Below are positions 1 to 10,649 of a DNA stretch of 64,000 bases, one piece after another. Both the position numbers and the translations under genes were made by a program. The DNA lies in assembly GCA_964561765.1 (NCBI GenBank), contig CAZLQI010000004.1, positions 121,585 through 185,584 on the forward strand, read 5' to 3'. Each line of letters opens with the position of its first letter. Position 1 is the first letter of the stretch. The stretch comes from an uncultured Chromatiales bacterium. GTDB lineage: Bacteria > Pseudomonadota > Gammaproteobacteria > DATFLL01. The notes under the pieces were generated by a model that was not told where the DNA came from, did not search any database, and saw only the letters and a program-made list of their open reading frames with translations.

Positions 1-189
1 GACCACCGGGTTTCCATGTTTCACACGACCCATCGCTATACCAGAGCTAACACCGGTTGCGACTTTGGCAATGCTGGCAGCATTGGCGCTATGTAGAGCA
101 AGACCACTCAGGGCGACGGCTGCGGTGCTGGCACCCAGACGACGGAAAAGGTCACGCCGGGTCATGTCTGCTATGTCGAACTGTTTCAT
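1..189 (-). CDS. Tat-exported periplasmic protein, 5' part only (runs off the window start)
   Basis: Manual translation, not in the ORF track: MKQFDIADMTRRDLFRRLGASTAAVALSGLALHSANAASIAKVATGVSSGIAMGRVKHGNPVV. Twin-arginine TRRDLF, hydrophobic stretch and ANA cleavage motif; strong RBS AGGAGGG upstream. Confidence 0.8.
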   Translation of the reverse strand, partial: MKQFDIADMTRRDLFRRLGASTAAVALSGLALHSANAASIAKVATGVSSGIAMGRVKHGNPVV

Positions 190-303
190 GGTATTCCCTC
201 CTGGGTGAATTGAGGCTCGATCATGCATTGCCGTTAGCCTGATATAGCCCGAAGAATGTGTAAAATTCACTTTATTCATAGATAAGTATATTCACACATT
301 ATT

Positions 304-345
304 AACATATAACCATAAACACTCACGTTCATTGATCCATGTCAA
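304..345 (-). promoter_or_regulatory. FNR/DNR-like box (TTGAT-CCAT-GTCAA, 332-345) with a -10 element TATGTT (309-304, minus strand)
   Basis: One mismatch to TTGAT-N4-ATCAA; the spacing fits a class II (-41.5) activator promoter for the Tat gene. Confidence 0.55.
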
Positions 346-653
346 TAAAATGAACAAACGGTAACTTACTTTATATTTTAATATAAAAATTACATATTAT
401 TCATGTGGTTACAATATTATATTCATTGGATCCACAATTCAAATCGAACATTAATCGTGCTTTATATCAAGATCCTATATCGAACAAAGTATCTTCTGTC
501 CTGACCGGATCCAATGAGTGCACTATCTGGTGACAGATCGCTTTTATTGATTATCCAAGAGATTCATTCTGAATCTGGGAGTCACGGTTCACGTTTTTAT
601 CAAGACCTTGAGGTCTGACAACCTCCCGATATCCTGTATCGACGACACACACA

Positions 654-1154
654 TCAGGGCCGATGTGGTGGTGTCTCGTCCACCGTATGCACACCGGCCT
701 CGATGGTACGAATCACATCCTGTTCGAGTTCCAGCGCGACCGGCTCGGCCGGGCTACCCACCGCCACGCGACTGGGACGCACAAACAGGATGCGTGTTAT
801 CCCCCGCTTGTAGACCAGGGTGAGGTGCAGGGGACACAGTGCCAGAAAATCGGGATCGACATTACTGATGCGATTGGTATACCCGCCGTTACAGAACACG
901 ATACTGCGGATACTCTCAAGATGGTTGCGGTTGTAGTCCGCCCCCCAGCGACGAGCGAACGTGGCCAGACTGCGCCCCAGATTGGGTTCTGAAATAACGA
1001 AAAATCCATTGTTCTCAAGCGCAGTAAACACACGCGGGTAGGTCATGTCCATGCTCGCGTGTACCACCCGTACATAGAGCATCGGTGACTTGGCCGCCAA
1101 AACAGGGGTACAGGTCCACAACAGTATCAGTAACAGCATCCCCCTACGTTCCAT
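654..1154 (-). CDS. DUF302-family exported protein
   Basis: Signal peptide followed by ...IVFCN...LALCPLHLTL, the pattern I recognise for DUF302. Confidence 0.7.
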   Translation of the reverse strand: MERRGMLLLILLWTCTPVLAAKSPMLYVRVVHASMDMTYPRVFTALENNGFFVISEPNLGRSLATFARRWGADYNRNHLESIRSIVFCNGGYTNRISNVDPDFLALCPLHLTLVYKRGITRILFVRPSRVAVGSPAEPVALELEQDVIRTIEAGVHTVDETPPHRP

Positions 1155-1423
1155 GATTCATCTCCTGTCGACAAAAGGAAACAGCATGCCGTCTTCCCCA
1201 TTAAGACAAACGATTCAGCAAGACATCCGTGTTCGTCTACTGCAGCTTGCATATGATCACCTTTCCATCAGCCGCTAGTCCCGCACTGCTCAGGGCAACG
1301 TATCGACTGTCCCGCGAGACGCATCCCCCCCTTTCGTCTTCTTTGTCATTTCTCCCAAAAGATGCGATGTATGCACTATCCATCCAAGGCACCCAGAGTA
1401 ATACATTTAGCACTGCACACGAC

Positions 1424-2308
1424 TCACTGTGTAGATGCGAAATGTCTCAAGTACTCACGAAAGGCATCCCTGAGTTCCGGGTGCTGAAGCGCATACTCCA
1501 CCGTCGCCTCCAGATAGCCGAGTTTGCTGCCGCAATCATAGCGTTTACCCTTGAAACGATAGGCATAAACGGTTTCTTCCTTCAACAGGCTGGCAATGGC
1601 GTCCGTTAGCTGAATTTCACCACCTGAACCACGCGGTGTCGTCTCCAGCAGATCAAAAATGCGTGGCGTCAGGATATAACGCCCGACTACGCCAAGCGTC
1701 GAGGGAGCCTTGTCCGGAGTGGGCTTCTCGACTATCTCACGCACACGCGACAGCGCATCATCGACCGTGTCAGAGCGTACGATACCGTACTTCTCGGTAT
1801 CCTCACGTGCTACTTCTTCCACACCCAGCAGGCTGCAACCCCGGCGCTCATAGAGCAGCTCCATCTGGGTCAGGCAGGTTTGTTCACCACCATCAATTAA
1901 ATCATCCGCAAGGATCACAGCAAAAGGTTCATCGCCGACAACGGGGCGAGCGCACAATACGGCATGTCCAAGGCCGAGTGGCTCAGCCTGGCGCACATAA
2001 ATACAACTGACGTTAGTCGGTAATATCCCCCGCACTATTTCCAGCAGTTCATATTTGCCGCTGGCTTCCAGCTCGGCTTCCAGCTCATAGGCCTTATCAA
2101 AGTGGTTGGGAATGGCGTGCTTATTGCGCCCATTGACAAAAATAAGGTGTGTCATCCCTGCCGCTACAGCCTCTTCCACGGCATACTGGATCAACGGTTT
2201 ATCAACTATGGGCAGCATTTCCTTGGGATTTGCCTTGGTGGCGGGCAAAAACCGCGTACCCATACCGGCCACCGGGAACACAGCCTTTCTGACTCTCTTA
2301 TGGCTCAT
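1424..2308 (-). CDS. galU: UTP-glucose-1-phosphate uridylyltransferase
   Basis: [41 protein letters not shown]; start placed at the ATG after the GGAGA RBS. Confidence 0.97.
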   Translation of the reverse strand: MSHKRVRKAVFPVAGMGTRFLPATKANPKEMLPIVDKPLIQYAVEEAVAAGMTHLIFVNGRNKHAIPNHFDKAYELEAELEASGKYELLEIVRGILPTNVSCIYVRQAEPLGLGHAVLCARPVVGDEPFAVILADDLIDGGEQTCLTQMELLYERRGCSLLGVEEVAREDTEKYGIVRSDTVDDALSRVREIVEKPTPDKAPSTLGVVGRYILTPRIFDLLETTPRGSGGEIQLTDAIASLLKEETVYAYRFKGKRYDCGSKLGYLEATVEYALQHPELRDAFREYLRHFASTQ

Positions 2309-2347
2309 GATTCTCCTTTGCAAATTTGTCTCATCACAACCTAGGCG

Positions 2348-3403
2348 CTAGCTCAGTTGGGAGGTTTTCCTTCGCAAACGCCACCACGCAAAATTCATGG
2401 CAAAGAAATACACCGCGAATACGAGCAAGAACACATAAAACATCACCGCCTCACTGATCCCGTATGTAAACCCATACACACCCAGTGCCGCCATCATAAC
2501 TGAAAACAAAACGATTATGGATAACGTCTGATTCACGCCAATACCGTAAGCCTGAAGCAAATGGTGCAGATGAAAGCGGTCCGCCGAAAACGGGGAATGC
2601 CCAGAGAGAATACGACGCAGAAGAATATACACTGCGTCAAAGAGCGGAATAGCTAAAATCCACAATGCGCTCACTGGTGCGATACTACGTGTCTGCGCCT
2701 GTGAAAGGTCAATCACATACCAGCAAAGTATGTATCCCAGAAACATGCTGCCGGAATCACCCATGAATGCCCGGGCCTGGCGATGCACACCCAGGCGCAG
2801 ATTAAATGCCAGAAATGCCACTACAGTTGAGGCCACAATCGACAAAATATAGGCGGGACCTGGATTTCCCGCATGATAGGCCATGACAATCAGTGACACA
2901 AAGGCAATAAGAGCCAGGCTACCCGCCAACCCATCCATGCCATCCATCATGTTCAGCGCATTAATCACCCCGACTGCGGAAAAAATTGTGAACGGTATAG
3001 TCCACAAACCCAACTCAACTAAACCACCCGAGGGTGAGATCCATCCCAGATTGTGCAAAGACACCTGACCCCATCTCAACATGAACACCGCTGCAGTAAT
3101 CTGGGCGAGAAATTTGGCGTAACTCGATAAATCACGCATATCATCCAGCACACCAACGACAATCAGTACCAATAGTCCCAGAAATAAACCACGGTATTGC
3201 GACAAGGACACGTCCAGCATCAGCACCGCAAAAGCGAAACCGACAAACATCGCCAGCCCACCAATCAGCGGCGTACTGATCTTATGGCGCTTGCGCGTAT
3301 CCGGTATGTCAACCAGACCTATGCGCCCAGCCAGCGGGTGCAAAAACCAGAGAAGAAAGGCCGTAATGCCAAATCCGGCGACACAACTGACGATGAGATT
3401 CAT
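2348..3403 (-). CDS. wecA: Undecaprenyl-phosphate GlcNAc-1-phosphate transferase (MraY/WecA family)
   Basis: Multi-TM protein with GVLDD, NALNMMDGMDGL, FMGDSGS and HLHH motifs. Confidence 0.85.
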   Translation of the reverse strand: MNLIVSCVAGFGITAFLLWFLHPLAGRIGLVDIPDTRKRHKISTPLIGGLAMFVGFAFAVLMLDVSLSQYRGLFLGLLVLIVVGVLDDMRDLSSYAKFLAQITAAVFMLRWGQVSLHNLGWISPSGGLVELGLWTIPFTIFSAVGVINALNMMDGMDGLAGSLALIAFVSLIVMAYHAGNPGPAYILSIVASTVVAFLAFNLRLGVHRQARAFMGDSGSMFLGYILCWYVIDLSQAQTRSIAPVSALWILAIPLFDAVYILLRRILSGHSPFSADRFHLHHLLQAYGIGVNQTLSIIVLFSVMMAALGVYGFTYGISEAVMFYVFLLVFAVYFFAMNFAWWRLRRKTSQLS

Positions 3404-3493
3404 GCGTGTACCGTTGTAGTGCGCCCGGCATGGAATAACCATGAGTTAAACGCTAATACGTTGAATTTAAAAGATAACAGATGGAACTGTTAT

Positions 3494-4609
3494 TTACAAC
3501 ATACGTCTATACAGGGCCAATGTCTGGGCAACAATCCGTTCCAGAGAAAACATCCTGACCACCTTGTCACGACCCCGCTGACCATAGAGTCGCCGCAATG
3601 CGGCATCCTCAATCAGGCATCTCAGGGCCATTGCAAGAGGGGAGACGTCGCCTGCCGGTACCAGTAGACCGTTCACACCATCACCCACGACCTCACGACA
3701 GCCAGGGACATCACACGTCACGATCGGTCTTGCACAGGCGGCGGCTTCGAGCAACGCCTTCGGTACACCCTCCCGGTAGGATGGCAGACAGGCAATATGG
3801 GCGTTCTGCAAGATATTCGGTATATCCGCTCGGTGCCCCAGCCATTCGACGCTACCCTCGGCGCACCAACGGCGTAGTACAGTTTCCGCGATGGCACTAC
3901 GATTGTCCGCGTCGACCCCACCAACCAGCACGAATCGCGCCTTACAGCCCTGCGACTTTAACAGCGCTGCTGCTGCGACGAATTCAACGACCCCTTTGTC
4001 GCGCAGCATCCGCGCGCACAGAACCACAACAGGATCGCCCGCCGGTTCAGGCGCCGGACGGTAAATGCGGGTATCGACACCCGCCCCCTTGATGAGTATC
4101 GTGCGCTCGTGGCGGATCATCTTCTGTTCGATAAATAGAGATTGATCATCCGGATTTTGAAAAATGGTGATACAGTTTGGAGCACTTAACGCGACCCGAT
4201 ACGCGACCTCTACCAGGCGCCGTAATAGCCATGCGCGTATACCGTGTGCAAGGAACACGGTTCCCAGTCCCGATATCGCATTGACTATCGCAGGAACGCC
4301 GGCCAGGCGCGCAGCCAGAGAACCATATAGCACCGGTTTAATGGTGACGTTGTGCACAAGATCGGGATGGAGTCGATGGATCAACCGGTAGAGCACCAAG
4401 AATGTATGCAACTCACCCACGGGACCCAGCGCACTGCGACGAAACATGAGGGGATGAAACACCAGACCGGCCCGTCCGATCTCCTCATAGCCTGGCACAG
4501 GTGCTGCTGCCACGTGAACATCGTAGCCTTTATCGCGTGCGGCCAATGCAAGTAAGAGCCGGTGCGACAGAAAGAAGCTGGCATCATTGACAATGTAGAG
4601 GATGCGCAC
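3494..4609 (-). CDS. GT4 family glycosyltransferase
   Basis: ARMLRDKGVVEF and CLPSYREGVPKALLEAAA (EX7E motif). Confidence 0.93.
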   Translation of the reverse strand: MRILYIVNDASFFLSHRLLLALAARDKGYDVHVAAAPVPGYEEIGRAGLVFHPLMFRRSALGPVGELHTFLVLYRLIHRLHPDLVHNVTIKPVLYGSLAARLAGVPAIVNAISGLGTVFLAHGIRAWLLRRLVEVAYRVALSAPNCITIFQNPDDQSLFIEQKMIRHERTILIKGAGVDTRIYRPAPEPAGDPVVVLCARMLRDKGVVEFVAAAALLKSQGCKARFVLVGGVDADNRSAIAETVLRRWCAEGSVEWLGHRADIPNILQNAHIACLPSYREGVPKALLEAAACARPIVTCDVPGCREVVGDGVNGLLVPAGDVSPLAMALRCLIEDAALRRLYGQRGRDKVVRMFSLERIVAQTLALYRRML

Positions 4610-4894
4610 GCAATACTCGTCGAGTCATGATAATACACCCTGCGAACGGGTCACTGCTAAATGCTCTGACAACCATCCGACTGGCAGGAAAAAAGGCAAC
4701 AAAGTAATGTAGTCCGTTGCACGTTATTACACATTCCTAGCCATTACTGCAACATCGTATGACGTCACTCTGGAACATCTCAGGTCCGGGTGAATATGTC
4801 ATCGGCTAAAACCGATAGCTTCATATTACGGTTAGAAGCTGTATGATTGGCTATTCTACATCTACTTAATGCGTTACTCTCGGCATTTATTCAT

Positions 4895-4924
4895 AAAAAA
4901 CGGGCGCCGCAGGCACCCGTTTTA
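4895..4924 (-). terminator. Rho-independent terminator after comEA (could be bidirectional)
   Basis: AAAAAACGGG-cgccgcaggca-CCCGTTTTT. Confidence 0.8.
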
Positions 4925-4944
4925 CTACAAGCAAGATGAACTCG

Positions 4945-5235
4945 CTACTTTTTCACTGTCGATTCAACGATGCGCAGATCCAGGCGATTAGTTTTTAGCG
5001 TTTTTTCTCCGATACCTTTTACCTTTACCAGATCATCAACAGATCTGAACGACCCGTGTAACTTTCTATAAGCCACAATTGCTTCGGCCTTCTGCATTCC
5101 GATCCCCTTGATATTCATGGCCAGGGATTTGGCACTCGCCTTGTTAATATTGACCGATCCGGCAAAAACACTGCCCGGGATCGCCGCCAGACATAACACC
5201 AAGATAAACGAATGGAGTCGATTCATTTTACGCAT
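4945..5235 (-). CDS. comEA: ComEA-like helix-hairpin-helix DNA-binding protein
   Basis: Signal peptide, VNINKAS, IKGIG...KA, VKGIGEKT. Confidence 0.9.
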   Translation of the reverse strand: MRKMNRLHSFILVLCLAAIPGSVFAGSVNINKASAKSLAMNIKGIGMQKAEAIVAYRKLHGSFRSVDDLVKVKGIGEKTLKTNRLDLRIVESTVKK

Positions 5236-5374
5236 CCTTTCTGATTTGTCATTTTCCCTATCAGGAACGGGTCACCATGACCCGCAACGCCACTCTACGT
5301 ATATTGGCGGCTGGTATCAATCCAGTCGGTATCAGAGATAGCTGATTTTTATGTAAGATATTTCCGACAATAGC

Positions 5375-6070
5375 CTACACATTCAGTTCGGCAAGAATCG
5401 CTGCAAGTGCATCATTAGGTGAATCCGCCGCCGTAATGGGGCGTCCAATCACCAGATAGTCGGAACCTGCTGCCATGGCGGCAGACGGCGTCATAATCCG
5501 GCGTTGATCGCCTGCAGCCAACCCGGTAGGGCGAATGCCCGGGGTGACAATTTTGAAATCTATCCCCACGTCGGCACGAATCATCGCCACTTCTTGTGAG
5601 GAACACACAACACCATCAAGGCCGCACTCAGTGCTCAAACGTGCCAAGCGACATACATTTTCATCTGCAGTTCCAGAAAAACCGATCTCAGTGAGATCAG
5701 TCGTATCGAGACTCGTCAATATAGTGACCGCGATCAACAAGGGGCGAGAGCGCTGCGTCGCTAACACCTCGCGGGCCGCATCCATCATTCTGCGCCCCCC
5801 ACTGGCGTGTACATTAACCATCCATACACCCAGGTCCAACGCCGCACGACACGCACCCACCACAGTATTGGGGATATCATGGAATTTCAGATCCAGGAAC
5901 ACGTCGAAGCCGCGTTCCACCAGTTTCTCGACGATACCAGGACCGGCACGGGTAAACAGCTCCTTACCCACCTTTACCCGGCAAAGACCCGGATCGAGTT
6001 GTCCTGCCATCTCCATCGCCCGAGCGGCATCCGGGTAATCCAGCGCGACAATAACTGGTGATTTTACCAA
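5375..6070 (-). CDS. pyrF: Orotidine-5'-phosphate decarboxylase
   Basis: [31 protein letters not shown]. Confidence 0.98.
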   Translation of the reverse strand: MVKSPVIVALDYPDAARAMEMAGQLDPGLCRVKVGKELFTRAGPGIVEKLVERGFDVFLDLKFHDIPNTVVGACRAALDLGVWMVNVHASGGRRMMDAAREVLATQRSRPLLIAVTILTSLDTTDLTEIGFSGTADENVCRLARLSTECGLDGVVCSSQEVAMIRADVGIDFKIVTPGIRPTGLAAGDQRRIMTPSAAMAAGSDYLVIGRPITAADSPNDALAAILAELNV

Positions 6071-6073
6071 TAC

Positions 6074-7243
6074 TTACTCTCCTTCCGGTCCAGAGATGGG
6101 TTTCGTCGTGTTCCAGTGCTTGCAGCTAGGGCATTGCCAGTGCAACGACTTTCCCGAAAAACCACACGTGTGGCATTTATAAATGGCCTTGTTCTCGAGC
6201 AACGCTTCCGTCAGCCCCTCAAGCAGTTTCAGGTTCTCCCTTTCCTCGCTGCGACTACTATCGAGTTTCAGCTCAATGAGATGGTGCATTCCCCGCACAG
6301 AGGGATGTGTTGTCAAATAACGGGTAATGAACACGACAGCCGCTTCTTCACCACGTCTTTGGCGTTCAAGTTCAGCCAGAGCCAGCATGATCGTCGTACC
6401 TCCATGGTGCGCAAGTATACGCTGCAGGTACGCGATCATTTCATCTGAACGACCTAATCGGCCATAACAATCAATCAATGGTTGTACAGTTTCGCTGACA
6501 AAATCCGGGTCCTGTTGCTCAACGCGCCGGTATGCCCGAATCGCGAGTTTCGGCTCATTCGCAAGCAGTTGCATATCGCCTTCAATGATGCTGGCGCGGG
6601 CACAATTTCTATCTGTCGACAAGGCGCAGCGGATCAACTTCATCGCCGTGGTCCACTCACTTTTACGACGGGCACCTTCAGCCATTTCACAATAATATTG
6701 CGCAATAAGCGTCGTGTGGTGTTTCCCGGAGACAGCCTCCAGTCGATGGGCGATTTCGATTGCCTTGTCCCAGTCTTTTTCCTGCTGGTATATTCCTATT
6801 AATTGCCAGAGCGCATGCTCAGTATGAGGTTCACTATTAATCAGTTCCTGGAAAATACTCTCGGCACGGTCGAACACACCGGCACGCATATAGTCATGCC
6901 CCAACTCGAACAATGCCTGGGCCCGATGTTCTCTGCTTAGGGTGGGACGTGCAATAAGATTCTGGTGAACACGAATAGCGCGGTCGACCTCTCCTCGACG
7001 CCGAAACAAACTTCCAAGGGCAAGATGCGTCTCCACGGTATCACGGTCGACCTCCAGCATACGGATAAAAATATCCAGCGCCTTATCCTGCTGTTCATTG
7101 AGTAGAAAGTTCAACCCCTTGATATAGTCGGATGGAATCTCATTACAATCACGTTCACGTTTCTGCGGCCTGCCATGCCGACCCAGCCACCACCCGGACA
7201 AAGCAGCGATCGGCAAGAGCAGAAACAATAGATCAATGGCCAT
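6074..7243 (-). CDS. lapB: Lipopolysaccharide assembly protein B
   Basis: N-terminal TM, TPR repeats, C-terminal rubredoxin CHTCG...WQCPSC. Confidence 0.96.
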   Translation of the reverse strand: MAIDLLFLLLPIAALSGWWLGRHGRPQKRERDCNEIPSDYIKGLNFLLNEQQDKALDIFIRMLEVDRDTVETHLALGSLFRRRGEVDRAIRVHQNLIARPTLSREHRAQALFELGHDYMRAGVFDRAESIFQELINSEPHTEHALWQLIGIYQQEKDWDKAIEIAHRLEAVSGKHHTTLIAQYYCEMAEGARRKSEWTTAMKLIRCALSTDRNCARASIIEGDMQLLANEPKLAIRAYRRVEQQDPDFVSETVQPLIDCYGRLGRSDEMIAYLQRILAHHGGTTIMLALAELERQRRGEEAAVVFITRYLTTHPSVRGMHHLIELKLDSSRSEERENLKLLEGLTEALLENKAIYKCHTCGFSGKSLHWQCPSCKHWNTTKPISGPEGE

Positions 7244-7245
7244 AT

Positions 7246-7539
7246 TTAGCGTGCATCGCGTATCGGCAACGAACGAAGGTTAGTGACCTCCTTTTCAGCC
7301 AGTTTTGCCGCTTTACGTAATTTCTGCATTTCCCGCCTGGAGCGAATTAGCAAGCTGATACTGGCCAGGATTCCGAGTACCGATCCCACGATCAGTGCCA
7401 GAATAAAAACAAGTGATAGGGGCATCTCCCGGCTGCCGAAATAATAATTCAACAATACCGGCTGTGCATTAAGCACAGCAAACACCACGCCAACAAACAC
7501 GACCAGGCACAGTATCAGAAAAGTACCAATTCGTTTCAT
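7246..7539 (-). CDS. lapA: Lipopolysaccharide assembly protein A
   Basis: Two TMs, LNYYFG...MPLS, basic coiled tail; immediately upstream of lapB. Confidence 0.9.
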   Translation of the reverse strand: MKRIGTFLILCLVVFVGVVFAVLNAQPVLLNYYFGSREMPLSLVFILALIVGSVLGILASISLLIRSRREMQKLRKAAKLAEKEVTNLRSLPIRDAR

Positions 7540-7746
7540 ATCGCCTCCAGTCAAGACCATGCAGTCAATATGTACGGATATCAGCCGCATCATGCCTGCA
7601 CACCAGAATCTTTATTCTATCCGTCAAACACAATAGTGCACTCGAGCGAGCGTAACGACAAGCGATCCAGATCCACAAAAAAGCGGCATGAGGCCATTAC
7701 CTCATGCCGCACCGATATCATGGATGCGTAGCCCCCTAATCCGGCG

Positions 7747-8052
7747 CTAATCGCTAATCTGCACTCTGCACATACTTTCATTGACGCGTTCACGCAATTC
7801 TTTGCCTGGTTTGAAGTGCGGAACATACTTTTCTGCCAGGGTCACCGAATCGCCCGTCTTCGGGTTGCGCCCAATACGCGGTGGACGATGGTGCAGAGAA
7901 AAACTGCCAAACCCTCTGATCTCGATGCGTTCACCATTCGCCAAGGCCTGCGCCATATGCTCAAGTATCGTCTTGATAGCGAGCTCAACATCCTTGTACG
8001 CAAGTTGCACCTGTTTATGTGCGAGGATATCTATGAGTTCGGATTTTGTCAT
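7747..8052 (-). CDS. ihfB: Integration host factor beta
   Basis: [36 protein letters not shown]. Confidence 0.98.
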   Translation of the reverse strand: MTKSELIDILAHKQVQLAYKDVELAIKTILEHMAQALANGERIEIRGFGSFSLHHRPPRIGRNPKTGDSVTLAEKYVPHFKPGKELRERVNESMCRVQISD

Positions 8053-8103
8053 GATATTTCCCATCGCTACCCCGGGGGACAAAGCCCCCCGACAATTGCC
8101 CGA

Positions 8104-9780
8104 TTAGTCGTTATTATTTTCCATCTGCTCTTTGAGAAGATCCCCGAGTGTCGTGGTGGTGGGGACGGAGCTATTGGTATAGTCCTGCATTGCCTCGACC
8201 TCATCATCGCTATCCTTGGCCTTGATGGACAGGTTGATAGTTCGATTCTTGCGATCGACACCGGTGAACTTCGCTTCCACCGTATCGCCCACATTCAGCA
8301 CCGTACGCGCATCTTCGACGCGGTCGCGCGACAATTCGGAGGCACGCAAATAACCCTCAATACTATCACCCAACTCAATGACCGCACCCTTGGCATCAAC
8401 GTCCTTGACCGTGCCAGTGACGATACTGCCCTTAGCGTGTTCGGCCACGAAGTTTGAGAAGGGATCCTTTTCGAGCTGTTTGATGCCAAGAGAGATGCGC
8501 TCACGCTCCGGGTCAACCGATAATACGACGGTTTCGATCTCATCGCCTTTCTTGAAATTGCGCACAACCTCTTCGCCTGGAACACTCCATGAAATATCGG
8601 ATAAATGAACCAAACCGTCGATACCGCCATCAAGGCCGACGAAGATGCCGAAGTCAGTGATTGACTTGATCTTGCCGACGACCTTGTCATTCTTATTGTG
8701 AGTGGCCCCAAAGCCTTCCCAGGGATTGACCTGGCACTGTTTCATTCCCAAGGAGATACGGCGACGTTCCTCATCGATGTCAAGAACCATCACCTCGACA
8801 TCATCACCAATCTGCACAACCTTGGACGGATGAATATTTTTGTTGGTCCAGTCCATTTCGGAGACATGCACCAAGCCTTCGACACCATCTTCGATCTCTA
8901 CAAAAGAACCGTAATCGGCAATGTTTGTGACCTTGCCGAACAGGCGGGCACCCTCCGGATAGCGGCGTGCAATATCGACCCAGGGGTCTTCGCCCATTTG
9001 CTTGAGGCCCAGGGAAACGCGCATGCGTTCCTTGTCGAACTTGAGGACCATGATCCCGATCTCATCGCCAACATTGACGATCTCACTCGGATGCTTGACT
9101 CGTTTCCAGGCCATGTCAGTGATGTGCAGCAGACCATCAATACCACCCAGGTCAACGAAGGCACCGTAATCGGTCAGGTTCTTGACGATACCCTGCACGG
9201 TCGAACCTTCGGTCATACCCTCGATCAGGGCTTGGCGCTCTTCACTGTTCTCCGCCTCCACCACCGCACGACGCGACACCACAACATTATTGCGGCGACG
9301 ATCGAGTTTGATAACCTTGAATTCAAGCTCCTTGCCTTCCAGATATGTAGTGTCGCGTACAGGACGCACATCGACCAGTGAACCCGGCAGGAAGGCGCGC
9401 ACATCGGTAAGGTCGACGGTGAAACCGCCCTTGACCTTATCCACGATCATACCCGTAACGGTCTCGCCAGCCTCATGGGCTTTCTCCAGGCGGGTCCAGG
9501 ACTCGGCGCGTTTGGCCTTTTCACGCGACAGGCGCGTCTCACCAAAACCATCTTCGACGGCATCCAGTGCGACATCAACCTCATCGCCAATATTGACGTC
9601 CAGCTCACCCAGATCGTTCTTGAACTGCTCGGCGGGAATAACCCCCTCAGACTTCAACCCGGCATTGACAATGACCACATCGTCATCGACGTGTACAACA
9701 ATGCCCTTGATGATGGCACCCGGGCGCATCTGTGTAGTGACAAGGCTCTCTTCAAACAGTTGTGCAAAACTTTCGCCCAT
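8104..9780 (-). CDS. rpsA: 30S ribosomal protein S1
   Basis: [12 protein letters not shown]; six S1 repeats. Confidence 0.99.
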   Translation of the reverse strand: MGESFAQLFEESLVTTQMRPGAIIKGIVVHVDDDVVIVNAGLKSEGVIPAEQFKNDLGELDVNIGDEVDVALDAVEDGFGETRLSREKAKRAESWTRLEKAHEAGETVTGMIVDKVKGGFTVDLTDVRAFLPGSLVDVRPVRDTTYLEGKELEFKVIKLDRRRNNVVVSRRAVVEAENSEERQALIEGMTEGSTVQGIVKNLTDYGAFVDLGGIDGLLHITDMAWKRVKHPSEIVNVGDEIGIMVLKFDKERMRVSLGLKQMGEDPWVDIARRYPEGARLFGKVTNIADYGSFVEIEDGVEGLVHVSEMDWTNKNIHPSKVVQIGDDVEVMVLDIDEERRRISLGMKQCQVNPWEGFGATHNKNDKVVGKIKSITDFGIFVGLDGGIDGLVHLSDISWSVPGEEVVRNFKKGDEIETVVLSVDPERERISLGIKQLEKDPFSNFVAEHAKGSIVTGTVKDVDAKGAVIELGDSIEGYLRASELSRDRVEDARTVLNVGDTVEAKFTGVDRKNRTINLSIKAKDSDDEVEAMQDYTNSSVPTTTTLGDLLKEQMENNND

Positions 9781-9906
9781 TACGCGTTGTCCTTGGTCAG
9801 TAAAATGACCGATGGTTATTCGCAGACATGCTGCGTGGTTGGTGACGACTACGGTCGGTTATTGCACCCTACAATAAACCGGCCAACCCTGATAAAGTGT
9901 CAGTAA

Positions 9907-10608
9907 TTATACCTCTTCGTCAAGCCGCTCCCGGCATAAAACCCGGATCCCATCCATGACCTGGTCAATGCTCAATGCCGAGGTATCGAGCATCACGGCA
10001 TCATGTGCCGGCTTCATTGGCGAGGCCGCGCGCTGACTGTCTCGCTCATCACGCTCGGCTATCTCCTCGACGAGGCTCGCCACGGTAACATTCATTCCCT
10101 TTCCTTTCAACTGTTTATGGCGTCTTTTCGCCCGTTCTTCCGGGCTGGCTGTCAGAAAAATTTTGACCATCGCATCCGGAAATACCACGCGCCCCATGTC
10201 ACGTCCGTCGGCAATCAGTCCAGGCGCCAGGCGGAAGGCCCGTTGGCGCCCCAACAACGCCGCTCGCACCGCCGGCAGGGCTGCCATCCGGGAGGCGTCG
10301 TTACCACAGCGCTCGCTGCGTATCGTCGTCGTCACCTCCTCGCCTTCGAGCAGGATACGCTGCTCCCGCCCTTCAGACTGAGCCTCGAATTCGACGTCCA
10401 AATGGGCCGCCAGGGTTTTCAGGGCACGCTCATTATCAAGGCCGATACCATGGTGCTGGGCCGCCAGCGTGACCAGACGGTACAAGGCGCCGCTGTCAAG
10501 GAACCGCCAGCCCAGCTCATGCGCAAGCAATCGGCTTATCGTCCCTTTACCAGATCCACCCGGGCCATCAAGTGTGATGACCGGCCAATTTGTATCCATA
10601 CCCAACAT
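9907..10608 (-). CDS. cmk: Cytidylate kinase
   Basis: [28 protein letters not shown]. Confidence 0.98.
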   Translation of the reverse strand: MLGMDTNWPVITLDGPGGSGKGTISRLLAHELGWRFLDSGALYRLVTLAAQHHGIGLDNERALKTLAAHLDVEFEAQSEGREQRILLEGEEVTTTIRSERCGNDASRMAALPAVRAALLGRQRAFRLAPGLIADGRDMGRVVFPDAMVKIFLTASPEERAKRRHKQLKGKGMNVTVASLVEEIAERDERDSQRAASPMKPAHDAVMLDTSALSIDQVMDGIRVLCRERLDEEV

Positions 10609-10649
10609 GTCCCCTCCAAAGTAGAAATATCCAGTGTACCGTTGTCGTC

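Noticed and set aside
17-32. parS-like TGTTTCAC half-site
   Set aside because: The second half does not match, and it lies within the Tat CDS.
57-992. Short plus-strand ORFs (57-242, 608-823, 663-992)
   Set aside because: They overlap the better-supported minus-strand Tat and DUF302 genes and have no RBS or motifs.
4610-4894. ops/JUMPstart element before the glycosyltransferase
   Set aside because: No GGCGGTAG on the coding strand.
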